Origin: Aplysia californica
Taxonomy: Eukaryota
Direction of reading: 5' to 3'
Length of the DNA stretch: 64,000 nt
NCBI RefSeq assembly: GCF_000002075.1
Contig: NW_004797299.1
Coordinates: 1,723,987 to 1,787,986, forward strand
Positions 37,001 to 50,000 of this stretch are shown here, piece after piece. Numbering within the stretch: the stretch's first letter is position 1; the number at the start of each line of letters is the position of its first letter. Both the position numbers and the translations under genes were made by a program. The notes beneath the pieces were generated by a model. That model worked only from the letters and a program-made list of their open reading frames with translations, was not told the DNA's origin and made no database searches.

Positions 37001-40000
37001 ATGTCAACAGAGGTTGGGAGGAAACTATCCCCAAATACCAAAGAAAAACCCAGAGTGTACATAACATGTCAAGGTCAGCATTGTGAAAAGGACACCTTAC
37101 AAATTGAAGTCATTCAAGCATGAGTGCGAGCTTTGAATAACGGCCACATTTTAAGAGGCCCTCGGCACAGTTTGCTATTACCAAGTCCACAATTCCAACC
37201 TCCATTAACTTCACTTTATCAACATCAAGTTGTTAGAAAAAATTCTTCATACTACCAAGCCACCTACTATTTACATGTAGTGCTCCCTATAAAACCTTAC
37301 TACTCACCACTTCTTTCATCCAGGATCATGACCCAGCTATCCTCGGCAGTTTGAGCTCCCCCACTGCTGTAAGCCGCATCTCCTTCTTCCTCCTCCTCTT
37401 GGATGTCATGAAGACCCCGGTAGTTCAGAACTCTCCTCTGGTCCTCCTCAGAGCTTTCCATGAAGGCATTCCAGAACTGGTTCGGAAAAGAAACATTTTC
37501 GGCAGAGTGAGAAGAGAGGTCGACACCAACAGAAGTTTGTTGTATCCCTTGTAACCGAGCTATACATTTTAAATGACTGACAAGAAGTAAGCCTTTCTAT
37601 TGTTAGGTATGATACTAGAATGGGGGAGGGGGGAAGATGTGAATTCTATTCCCAGCTCAGTCATACACATATTATAAAGAAATGTACTATAACTTGTGCT
37701 TCAGGTGGGAGGGGTTCTGTAATATGTCCTTGAGCACTAAATGACAACTGTAGCTCGAGAACAGGCCACTGTACAGCAGCAACAACCAAAAATAGCTTAT
37801 TGATTTTCTGTATTGTTGTGATTTTGTGTAATGTTTGATGTTGACATTTATTGTATGTTATGTAAGGTATGTCATTTCAAACAAAATTTTCCCATGAGGA
37901 TAGGATCCTGTGCATCAAGTTTGTCATATCTAGTTAGCAGGTTCCCACATATCAAGGAGAAAAAATTTCCAGTGTTTTTCCCAATTTTCTCTTGGATTTT
38001 GTAACTATTTTCAAAGAGATTATTTTTTTTAATTAAAAGATGTCAAAGCAAGGATGAATGAATGAATAGAAAAGCAAGATAAAAATCATAATAAGGTCAT
38101 GGGTAGTCCTTTTCTTTGAGTTGTCAAGGACAGGGGTTGAAGGATAATTGTAATGTAAATAAAGGCGTGATGACAGAGGAATCAGTGGTCTCACTGTTGT
38201 CGAGTTAGGAGGAAAAAAAAAGATGTGATGAAGGCTTCTTGGTTGTTGTTTCTTATTTTTACTATCATTATTTAAAGGACAAACATGTCTATGTAGTGCC
38301 TCTGCTGGCTTGCTTGACAATCCGTATGTTCTTGTTCTACTTTTTCTCTTGTTTGGGAAGATTCTTTTTTTTCTTTGCATTCCCTCGTTAGATCTCAAGG
38401 GTAGTCAACTGCTGGTTCTTCAACCTGCAGTGCAACTAATTTTTACGTATGAGACTTTTTTTCTTCTACTAGAATGATTAACAGTACCTTGCTTACATGA
38501 CTAATCAGGATGATGGTTTGATTGTTGCTGCATTCCTACCTGCTTCCTGCTTTATGAAACATCACAAATTCCTGTACTTTCTATTCATGTAGTCAAGAGG
38601 GTGGAAAGCTTTAACACCTTGCCCCCATGGGACACCGATCAGTGACAGTAAGAAGCCGTCCCTTTTCCCCACGGGACGCCAATCGGCTCCGGTGTGATAT
38701 AGCATGTACTGCACCTGTATCCAGGTCCGTGGGGGTTAGTGTTGCGCGCTGCGCGCTGCACGGGTGGAAAGTGTTAAAAGCATCTTATATGCAGTGGCAG
38801 TGGGTAGTGAAGGGCTCACGGACTTGAGACTTGAGCCCCTCCCCCCTCCTCACCCCCAACTCTATCCCAAAGTAAATGAGTTTCTACATATAATGAAATA
38901 GCAGTTGAAACCGTTATGACCGCACGCAATGAACACAGAGTGATCAACTTGGCAGCTTGTTCGTTTATTCAATCACTGTTGTCACCGATTACAACTATAG
39001 TAACCCAGCAGCCAATCAAATGTCTTTGGGGCTCAGCAAAGGATGAGCCCTTTCCTACAGACAGTCCTTAACTCTTAAGACCCTGAGTTATTTCCACCGT
39101 TTCCTGAGTTTTTTCCTACAGTCACCTAAACCTGGCCCAGTATGTCTCATTACAGCCCCAAAAACTTGCCTGTAACTTCTAAATGGCAGAAACAATGGCT
39201 TAATCATTACTAATAAACTTGGTTCGGGAATAGTACTGAAAAACAAGCAAGAAATTAAATGAAATAGTTGTCACTGGTACCCGAGCATCCGATGGGGATC
39301 AGGGTTATTACTGCCGGATGCTCCCAGTATCCGATGGGGTTTAAAGAGTTAACGAAACTCTTCTTGTAAAAAAGGTAAAAGCCTTGAAAAAAGAACACTG
39401 CATTTGGGCCTAATGCTCATCTAGCCCTGACAATGGGGAGAAAGTTTATGACACACTTTCCCCCAGTGACACAGTTACCTATGCGCTCATTGGTTCTTTG
39501 TTGGGTGCATTCAACTTTTGTGACTTCACGGCCTAATCCAGCTCATAGAAGTAATATCTTTGAAGTGCTGTGTGTGTATGTTTATGTTTGTGCCGCTGAG
39601 ATTTCACAGTTTATAAATCAGGTCGAACTACTTTTAAGGCACCTCTTTTATCACATGAAAATTAATTGGAATAAATTTGGAGGTGAATCGGCTTCGTCCC
39701 CACCATCAACAAAAATTTAACTAAGAACAAAGAGATGGAAAACAAAGGTAACTCTTCTCATTTGAATGGTTCTCAAAATGCCGTGGCTCACCATGAGTAT
39801 AAAAAATCATCACTGTTTAGTTCTTATTGCTAGCTATTTGGGGGTAAAGAACTGGACGCAACCGAAGCCCCACCCAAATTTTGGTCCACTCACCACCACT
39901 GCTTAAATGATCGTAATTCGAGAACATCCTGCAGACAATTCAAACCAGAGTAGTTCAGCTTGACACAAAATGAATTATTGATAACCATCCCTTTCCCAAA

Positions 40001-42675
40001 ACCAAAAACAGAAAAACTTGAATGCAAATAAATGTTTAAAAATTTTGAGTGATGATATAAGAGAACCCACATTCATTTTTTCAGAGTCCTCAAAGAGTTT
40101 CTCAAACAGCGTGGAACTTGGTTCAAAGTTGGCAGATGGACTGTTGTTGTTGTCCCCTAGATCCTCATCCTTTTCTTCCAGATTGATCAAGTATTTTACT
40201 GAAACAAAAGACACAGCAATGAGACTCCACACTTTCTTAAGTCACCGAACATACAACGTTCACATTATTATATACCTTCAACAACAAGCTTTCTGTCATT
40301 GATTTTTCTCATGATAGTTTAGAGACTTTCACCATAGAATAACAAATAGGGCAACATATTTTTCATAATGCAATCACATTTTAAATATGCGTACAGATTC
40401 CAGGTGAAAAGGGTTGCCCTTCAGAGTGCACATGATGAACACCAGAATTTTAACAAATGTAACACAACAGTGGGCATCATAAGTCCGACTAGACCTTGAC
40501 AGGTTCTTTCAGTACTTTATCTGAGCAAAACGCCAAATGCGAAAAGAAGACTATGGGAAGAGAACCTCTAGCGTGAACTGAAACAAACTCAAAAAATATG
40601 TGAAGGGGCAGATCAAATTTTGTAAATAGAAAGGATTTTACTCTTCCTTTCCAGATCATGTCATCTTCTCAAAACCCAGTGCCTCAGTACAGACACAGAT
40701 ATTGTGCTCTTAAACGAAACTCTTCACTTTTTGTCGAAGAATAATTCCATACTAAGCACAATGTAGATCAATTTGAAGGCAAATACAGGGTCCCTACCAG
40801 GACACTTGGTGAGGGGAACTATTCAAAGAAATTCTTTAAAATAATCCAGACCCCACTCACATTTGAACTTTGGAATAGAAAATTAGAATGCAAAGGAAGA
40901 GCACAACATACTGTGTTTGTCAAAACTACCAGTAAACTATTTTGGGTTGGGGAGGTCAATCTCAGGATCAAAAGACAAAAAGTAAGGAAGAGCACTCACG
41001 GTTATCCACTCTCCTTGTTCGGCGCACTCCTCTTTTGCGTCCATAATTTGACAGATTTTCTTGTGACACTGAAATGTGTGATCTGGCTGGTCGCTGGCGA
41101 CGTCTGGCCGGAGATTGAAGATTAGTGGCCGACTGGGAGTCTGACTCATCATCCGTTGAAGACAGAAGATGATTGTCCACATTACTGAAACAAGAATGCA
41201 AATAGGTGGACAAACTAAATAATACAGTAGTAAAAAATGACTCTAATAAAAGCCAAGAATTAGCCGAGCTGCAGTGCGAATGTGTTTCGGCGTGTGTGTG
41301 TGCACGTGTGTGTGTATGTGTGCATGTGTGTGTGTATGCACATACGTGTGTGTGTGTGTGTGTGCGAGTATGTGGTCGCCAGCAAAATTCAGGAACTTGT
41401 CACTGTCTGACCATTTTGAGTTTTTCTGCTTTCATGAAAGCCATGGATCTTGTCTGCTTATTATGCAGCTTAACCCTATTTCTAATACTGCTTTTCTCCA
41501 GAATAGTCAGGTTTTAATGACAAAATTGTAGCAGATTTCAAAATCTGAGCCCCATAAAGGCTCCCAAAGGTCCAATAACTGTATCTTTTCTGAAAAGTAA
41601 TTGGACAAAATGTACTTATTGTATTACGCAGATTTCAAGATCGGAGCCCATAGAGGCTTTCAAAGGCCCAATATCTTTTCTAAAAGGTAATTGGACAAAA
41701 TATGCATTACTATTTGATGAAGGTGATTATAAATGTAAATCTGCACATAACAGAGTTCATATTCAAATGAGAAAAATGTGTTTGTTGCTTTCTCTAACTA
41801 CAAGTAGATGAACTTCATGTGGCCTGTGACGAGACAGTGTGTGTCTTCACTTGAGAATACAGAATGCAGCTGTTCTTACTCTACCCACCGCAGTTGTCAA
41901 TATGAAGTTGATGAAGCAGAAGACGCTTCTTCTCTGAGCCCATCGTTTTCAAAAAAATGATGCACGAGGGACATTTCATAATTAGACCCCTTCCAACATC
42001 AACACCCTCATTAATGAAAAAGATTACATACAATTCACTTGAGCATATTCCTGTGTATTTACAGGACACGCCGTCGACCTGCTGGACTAATCCCATGTGT
42101 ATTTACTGGATGCCCTTTAGCAGTCGACATCTTCGGTGTTTTCCGTTACAAGCTCCCCTCTCTAATGGCGGGTAGTGCGCATGAATATCTAGAACATGTA
42201 GACAAAGCGAAGCTTTGCGAATCCACACCCTTTTTTGTCTTTTTGGAGAGCAAACTTGTGTTGCTTAATTCTGCTCGGCGCAAACCTAGATCTATTTCTT
42301 GAAAATTCTCGCTCAATGAGGTGGTGAATTTGTTTTGAAGACGTAATATAAATACTCTGCGGCTGTTCTTTTAACTTAGCAGCTTTGTAAAGTTGGTTTG
42401 TGAGTAGCAAAGCGTTGTCAGGTCGTCTCGAAGCATAGATCTATCTATTTGAAACAGAAACAAAGGGTAAACTTTGAAGCCTTTTTTCTCAAAACTTTGT
42501 TTCCGTACCCTGCCTTACAAAACCACCCATATCTAAAAAACTACTGATATATATCTTTAAAATTCAACAAGGAGATTGTTCAGAAATGATCTCTGTACAT
42601 GAAAATGCAAAAAAAATAGGATTTTTTAAAATGCGTCATCTTGAGTACTTTCACCAGGCACACACACATTTATTG

Positions 42676-42719
<44 letters not shown>

Positions 42720-43959
42720 GGGGGGGGCAAGTGAGTCTTAGGTCTAAATATAAAAGAATAAAGATAGAGCTTTGTAACTTGGCGCACATACTTTTATTTC
42801 TGTTCCTAGTCACCATGCAGAGTAACACACTTCTGCCACCTCTCTTTGACCTTCAAAAGTCCTTGAGAGAAAAATGACCCAGAATGGGCCCCTAACCTGT
42901 CTTTAACAGCTTCAACGGTGTCAACGTTGTCAGGTAAACGACATTATATAAATATTTGTTTAAGATAAAGAAATATAAAAAAGTCTGAGAGGGCTAGGTC
43001 TGGGAATAAGCTGGGTGAGGCAGGATTTCAAAGCCGCAAGCTTTGCTATCTGGGCTGCTTGTTGTGCCCTGAGCGCAGGGGCGTTGTCATGCAGTAAGAG
43101 GACCCCATTGTGGAGTTTTTCAAGCCTTTTTCTCACTAATTCATGAAATGCTGACCCTGACAAATGTTTGAATAAAGCCATAACGTGCCGACAGGGGAGA
43201 CGGAAAGCTGTGAAGAAGCGACATGAGCAACTATAACCATTGGGAGTGAAATATGAGTTGTTGCACTCTAAGACGCTGATGGATTTAATCTGAACGCTCT
43301 CTTTCTCAACCAGCTTGTACGCTTCAGGTGTTAAAACCCCTTGGTACGCCCTGTCATCATCGATGTCGAGAAGTTGGATTCGCATCTTCACAGAATCCAT
43401 AATCGTTGAGTGTGATTGACGCTGGCGAAGAGTTCGAACAAGAACAAAGATCCTCTCAATGAGGGCTTTGAGGTCGCTTCTTGATGTGACAACTGACTTC
43501 AGCTTTTGAAACACTGACTCGATCCGGTTATTCGTGCCAGTGTTGAAGTTGAAGGTCTGGCACTTAAAAGCCTCACACCATTCTTGACGGATGGGGTGCC
43601 AGTTCTGGTTGAAGTAGTTTTCAACTGAGCGCCCAAACTCATTTAGTTGACTATGCTTTGCACTGTATTCCTCCTCGGTTTTAGGCAATTTGCTGGAGGA
43701 GATCCAAGAGCCTGGTTTTCGGCTCTGATGTTATGTTGGCTTTCGCAGTAGTCATCTCTCGGGCAAATGTCCGTAAAACGTCCGAAAACAAGTCTTTCCG
43801 TGAAGGCCTTATCGGAAATGACTATTTTTGTCTCAGTCCACCTGGCCTCAGAATAACATTGAGAATGTATCTAGCTTGAGATTATTATTCTTTATATTGC
43901 TGTTCATTTATATTATGCATGTGCCTGTAAGCCTGTGTGTGTGTGTGCATACGTGTGTG

Positions 43960-44021
<62 letters not shown>

Positions 44022-47000
44022 TACGTGGTGAAACAACAAACCGATGTGCCAGGTACTGGGCAATAAAGATGTATGTCATCTTGTCTTATCTTATTTACAC
44101 AATTAATTGAACAAAATTATTGAAAATATATCAGCTTTGATGTTTTCAATGACTTTTCAAGATTTTTCAGTTAAATTACGGTTACACAGACTTTCAAAGT
44201 CTTTGAAATCAAAATGCTATTTTTAAAAAGATTTTCATAGGGTTTTCAAAGATGTTTTGTCGTCTACCACAGTACAAAGATTTTCATTCAATATCACAGC
44301 CCTCACCTTGAAACTTTGAATCATTTTACGCAATGTGACCTCATCTTCCTTTGCTACAAGAAAAAAAGCATAGGGTGGGTTTCCATGTTTCCATCAATAA
44401 TCACAATGGAATAGAGGGGCATGTCCCGGCGACTGACTTTATAGGTAGTGTCCACAAGTAGCACTTCAGGGAATTTTGCAAATACCTCTTTCATCTGTTT
44501 GTCTTGGAAAAAAATTCCTATAACTTCATCACCACTTCCATTGATACAAACGATAGGTATTCAGACACAAACTTCCTTAATTCCTCCAATTCAGAATTAT
44601 TTTGAGTGCTACAAGTTGCTCTGGAGATGTTGTGGATGTCCTTTAGCAGAATAGCCTTGTTTGTATCTTCTTCAACATGGGCCTGTATAAGTTTTTTTGT
44701 TCGCATCTAGCTTGACCATCTCCCGTACTTTATTTGTTTGCTTTGTGTCTAGACGTCTTTGTGAGAGATAGTGCCTGAATTCCTCTGGGGTACATTCAAG
44801 GTTGTGATTTGGGCCGTGATGAGTCACAGTTAGAAAATCTCCATCCAACGATCGTAATTTAATGGCGAATTCACAGCCGTTCTGAAATGTAGACTGATTT
44901 GGGCCTTCACCTGTAGTGGGATGATGCCTGTACTTGCCATTCTTCACACAGGCAAAGACAATACTAAGTTCCTCTCTGAAGACTCGATTTTTTACCTCCT
45001 TCTTTAATGAAATGCAGTGATTTTTTTACACTCTTTTTTATACAAAAATTAACAAAGTTTTCACTTTCATACAGTTTCGTGGCCTTCTCCTGATCTCCGT
45101 AGGAAGCAAACTTGCTACCCATAGACAGTAGGGCTGTACCCTGGTAGCAAACCCGCTCGTGCTCACAAACCCCTAGTTCAAGTCACAAGCCTCAAATCAC
45201 TAGGTCANNNNNNNNNNNNNNNNNNNNNNNNNNNNNNNNNNNNNNNNNNNNNNNNNNNNNNNNNNNNNNNNNNNNNNNNNNNNNNNNNNNNNNNNNNNNN
45301 NNNNNNNGCCCCCCCGGAAAAATTTTTGAAAATATGCTTAAAATAGTGCATTTCTGGGCCATTTTATAATGATCACAAACTTTGTGGAGGGGAAAAAAAG
45401 TTCACATTTTAACCCAATTATTGTTCTGTCAGTACCCACAGAAAAAAAATATAATGAAGTATTACTTTCAAACCATTGATAAAGATGTAGAAAAAGTGAA
45501 TAGTAATGAGATGAAAGACAGCAACTATTTAGCTACACATGTGTTCACCTACCTTTTAACAGCTTGATTTGAGCTTCAGGAGGGGTTGAGAATACATTTA
45601 ACTGCATGGGCTACTTCTTGAAGAAATCCCTTATGCAGGACTTCTTCTTGTGTGGCTGGGTGGGCCCATCATCTTGAGTCTTCCTCTTTAGACATTGTGA
45701 AGTGACGGTAGCTTGCTGGGTGGAACATGTGGCTGTCACTATCTCTTCTGGCTTGGAGGAGGTGCTTGCATTAACAGCACTAAGTGATGATGTAAGGCTA
45801 CCAGTATTGTTCTCAATGGCTGCTCTTGCCTCATTTGCCCTTTCATGGATAGATGTAGTAGTTTTCTTAAACTTTGGAATCCTTCTGACTTGTGACTTTT
45901 TCACAGACTTCATCCTTTTTGCTGCTGTTTGCATATGGTAGCATAGAGAAGGGTCTACTGGAGAACAGACAGGATCCTCTCTGTGGTAAAACTGGGTAGA
46001 CTTCTTTTGATGATTAAGTAGCTTGTATTTAACTTTTTGGATGGCCTCATATGTCTGCACTTGAGTTCTATTTGTGGTGTTTGTAATTACATTGTTCATA
46101 ATACTAAAAGAGGATTCAACCCTGGGCCCTGTGAAAATGGACAAGCAAGCCTTGATGACAGGACCAAGAATAGCATACTGCGGATTGTTGAGGACAACTG
46201 ACCACCACTTGTCCAGTTTTTTCTCCTTGATGGTAGAGGTGAATTTAGTGTCATTCTGAAGGGAAGAAGCAGCTGTTGTAAATGTGTCTTTCTGAACATT
46301 ATCTGTGACTTTAGGAAGGAGATCAAAAAGGTCCTGCAGTCCGGATGCTGCTCTACTGTGACCACAGAGCTCTGGGTCAAGAGTAGACAAAAGTTGAAGG
46401 TTTTTATTCTTGATAGGGAGTTTCTGGATAAGGTATGCACTGGTCTCCCGATATGAAAGTAAAACAGTCTTCATGTGGGCCTGGGCTTCAGATCTTCCCA
46501 TTTCTTCTAAAATTAATTTGGCAGCATCTCCAACATACACTCTATCCAAGGTGTGAACGTTTTCAGAGTAGGCATTGACTTTGAAAATGTGACAGCTGTT
46601 GACATACTCATGAGTCAGGAAACAGGTTAAAAAAGTTTTCAGGACCAGAGTAAGCTCATCATGGAGCCTGTGCACCATCGGCTCTTTCTGTTCGAACGTC
46701 AGAATGAAACTCTTGAAAAGAGGTAGGATGCTGACAAGGATGTTGGCAACTAAAAGGCTGCGCTGTCTTTTCTTGATAAGCCTGTCTGAGATCCTCTTCT
46801 TTCTTTCTTTCCCAGCAGGAGTTAACTTCTTTGACTTAAGCCTCTGAAGAATACTTAGAATGTTGAGCCTTGAGTCTTTCCTTATACCTTGTAGGATTCT
46901 TGTTAGCAGTGGTTGCTGTTGCTGCTTTTCCTCAACTGTCAACCATGACGAATAAAAAAGAGTCAGAGCATTGTGGATTTCAAAAAATCTAGCGGAAGCA

Positions 47001-50000
47001 TCATAAATTGACATCCATCTGTGACTGGCTCTTTGAATCGGCACTAGTTCAGCGAGTCCAAGATGCTTGCATATACACTTCAGATCATCACGCAGATCTG
47101 CACTGAAGTCCATGTCATTGTAAAGATCATCTAACAGTCTAGACAGCATCTCAGACGGGTCAAGATTGGACGAGAATTTCTTCACAGCATTGTGAATATG
47201 GTGACACACGTCCCCATCGATATCCATAACATGAGGTGCTACTGCCTTGAGTCTAGCATGAAATCCACTGACAGAACCTCTCATATACGCAGCAGAGTCG
47301 GACAGAGCACTAACAAGGTTTGTCAGAGGGATCTGGTCCTCCTTGAGTTTGTTACGTACAGCATCAAACACAGTCTCAGCATTGACAATCGTCATCTCCA
47401 CACTGGAATACAGATCACAAACACATTTCTTCAGCTCCTCAGAAAAGTAACTAACAAGGACATTAAGAACTCTCTTGTGTGCTGCTTTTGATGTTGATTC
47501 ATCAAGGTTAATGGAGAATGGTGTCTTCTTCATTATGTTGACCAGACGGACGTGTTCAAGATAGGAGAGGCCATAACGAAGTTTATAAGTGGCTGTTTGT
47601 CGTTCCATATGTAGCTGTGATAGGGCCTTGCTATCCTTAGACAACTCTTTTGCTAAATCAATAAGATGGGGGGCCATTGTCATGGATATCGTGTGCTCTG
47701 CCATAAATGAACAGAGAAGAGCTTCCTGGTGTGATACTCTGTCTTTCAAGGAAACAGGCTTACTTGGGTCAGTTGGTACTGTTAGAGTTGAACTTGAACT
47801 GCTGGGGATGCCTAAACATTCCAGATTTGGGGCCGCCCCATACGGCAATGTCTGACAGGTTGCACTGGAACTACCGTCTATCCTGTCCTTTGTTGCTTGC
47901 ATTGCTGCAGGGAGTCGCTGGTTCGATTTCTCGATAGATCGGTTTCTGGTGTGAACCCTTGTCTTGGCATGGTCCCTAAAACAACGTAAACCTCCACTAC
48001 GGTACTTGATTTCCGTTTTGCAATAACAGCACCAAGCTACACCATCTTTCCCTACCTTGCGAATGTAACCACTCAAAAAGTCATCATGATCGTCTTTGGT
48101 TGATAACCATTCCCATCTAAACTTGTTCTTACTTGAAACGTCGATCACATCGACAGGAGCATTGCTTTCAACAAACTTCATGGAAGCCGCCATGTTGAAT
48201 GAATAAAACAATGAACGCGAGATATTGCCAAATAGGGCTTAGAAAGTCAACGAACTCGGGCGCGCACGGCGATTTTTGTCCTCGCTAAAAGGTCTAAGCC
48301 TAGATCTACGTTGCTTGGACAACTTTCACTTCTCGTTCATAACGTGCAATTCACATGACTAGGCCTAGCTAGCAAAAATAAAGAATAGAAAACCCGTGAA
48401 AAGTCATTGCACATTTAGTTGACATCAGCTAACATTATGGCTGAATCGGCTGGACCCTACCGACCTGGCATATTTTGGTCAACACTGCCCCACAACGAGT
48501 CGTCAAATAGCTTCCGATTTTTTCCGCGGAATCCGAGGAAAATCTCGGACCAAAGTTTTAATAGTCCTTCCGATTTTTTAAATCGGAAATATGTTCGTGA
48601 ATATAGTCGATCAAAGCCTAAACCAAACAAAGTGCGTGAAAAGAGTGTGTGCGGAGTGAGACTCCGTGCTCAAAGAGTGTGCATTGCTTACATTAACTTA
48701 AAACAAGGAGTCACTCATAACCTGGCCTATTTAATTAAAATAGGCCTAGATCTAGATTCTACATTGTAATTTTCTGGAATTACATAGTTAACAGAGTTTC
48801 TAATTTTCTCATTTCCACACTCCCTTTTCAACCCTTATTGAAATTTCTGAAATCAGAGAAAATCTGAAGGATTTACATCCCTGTCAATCGGCATGACGTC
48901 GGAGAATAGCTTCCGATCTATTGACCGGCGTGGGCGCCAGAGAATAGCTTCCAAGATCGGAGAACAGCCACTGGCACTAATCGAAACTCAGCGTTTTACT
49001 TAGCACTGGCGCTAATGGCAACGCAGCGTTGTAAATAGGCACTTCCGAAAAACAAGAAAGCGGCTATCCTCACCGGGGGTGAGAATAAAAATTAAATACA
49101 ATCGACCTCTCACCCCAGGTGAGACTTGCCACTGTTGGCTATTCTCACCCGGTGTGAAACAAGGCCTGTTTTTCCTAATATCGAAATACTTTCTATCCGT
49201 GTGGATGATCAAAAGGATAAAAGCAAAGAAAAAATTACGTTATATATATAGCACAAAAATAAGCTAATTTGATCGTTTACAAAGATGCTATGGCTATTTC
49301 ACTTTTCGAATCAAGCCGAACTACGCGGGTCACCATTTTGTTTTGCTCGGAAGTTCTTGCAAGATCTACTTTTCCCCTCTTCTCTCTCTCTGTCTCTTTC
49401 TGAATACTGTCTATCGGTGTGGACGATCAAATTAACCAAAACAAAGTTTAAAAATGATGATAAAACACAAAAGTAAATTAATTTGGTCGTCTACAAAGAT
49501 GCTACGACGGCTATTTAACTTTTCGAATCGAGCCGAACTACGCGGGTCGCCATTTTGTTTTGCCCGGAAGTTCTCGCGCTACTTCTCTCTCTCTTTCTCT
49601 CCACTGCCCACAGACAAAAGGTAAATTTTTACTTTCACTCCCGCACACAGATGCAATGTTTCAGGGGTCAAACTGCAGTAATGCTTGCTGCAAATCACAC
49701 ATAAAGCCACTAAAACTGTCGCAAATCAATTATTTTCAAGACAATTTCAAATCTAACTGTAAAATATCAAATTATGGGTTAAAACAGGGGGGCATGCCCC
49801 CCTGTAACCCCCCAGATTTTCTTTTACCCCAGTGGGGCAGGCCCCCCTGGAACCCCCCGATTGGTCCAAAGCATGTCGATATCGGTTAAAAACAATCAAA
49901 TATTTCAAAAACTATTAATTTGCAACGGGAATGAAGTTGATATTCATGTTCAGCGCATCAATATTTAGTAGAAATTAGACAACTGGTAGCTGAGTGTGAG

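Noticed and set aside
41876-41945. Alternative first exon of R3HDM4 (ATG at 41943)
   Set aside because: That frame hits TAG before the GTAAG donor. The exon at 50599-50663 has a good Kozak context, a GTGAGT donor and the right phase.
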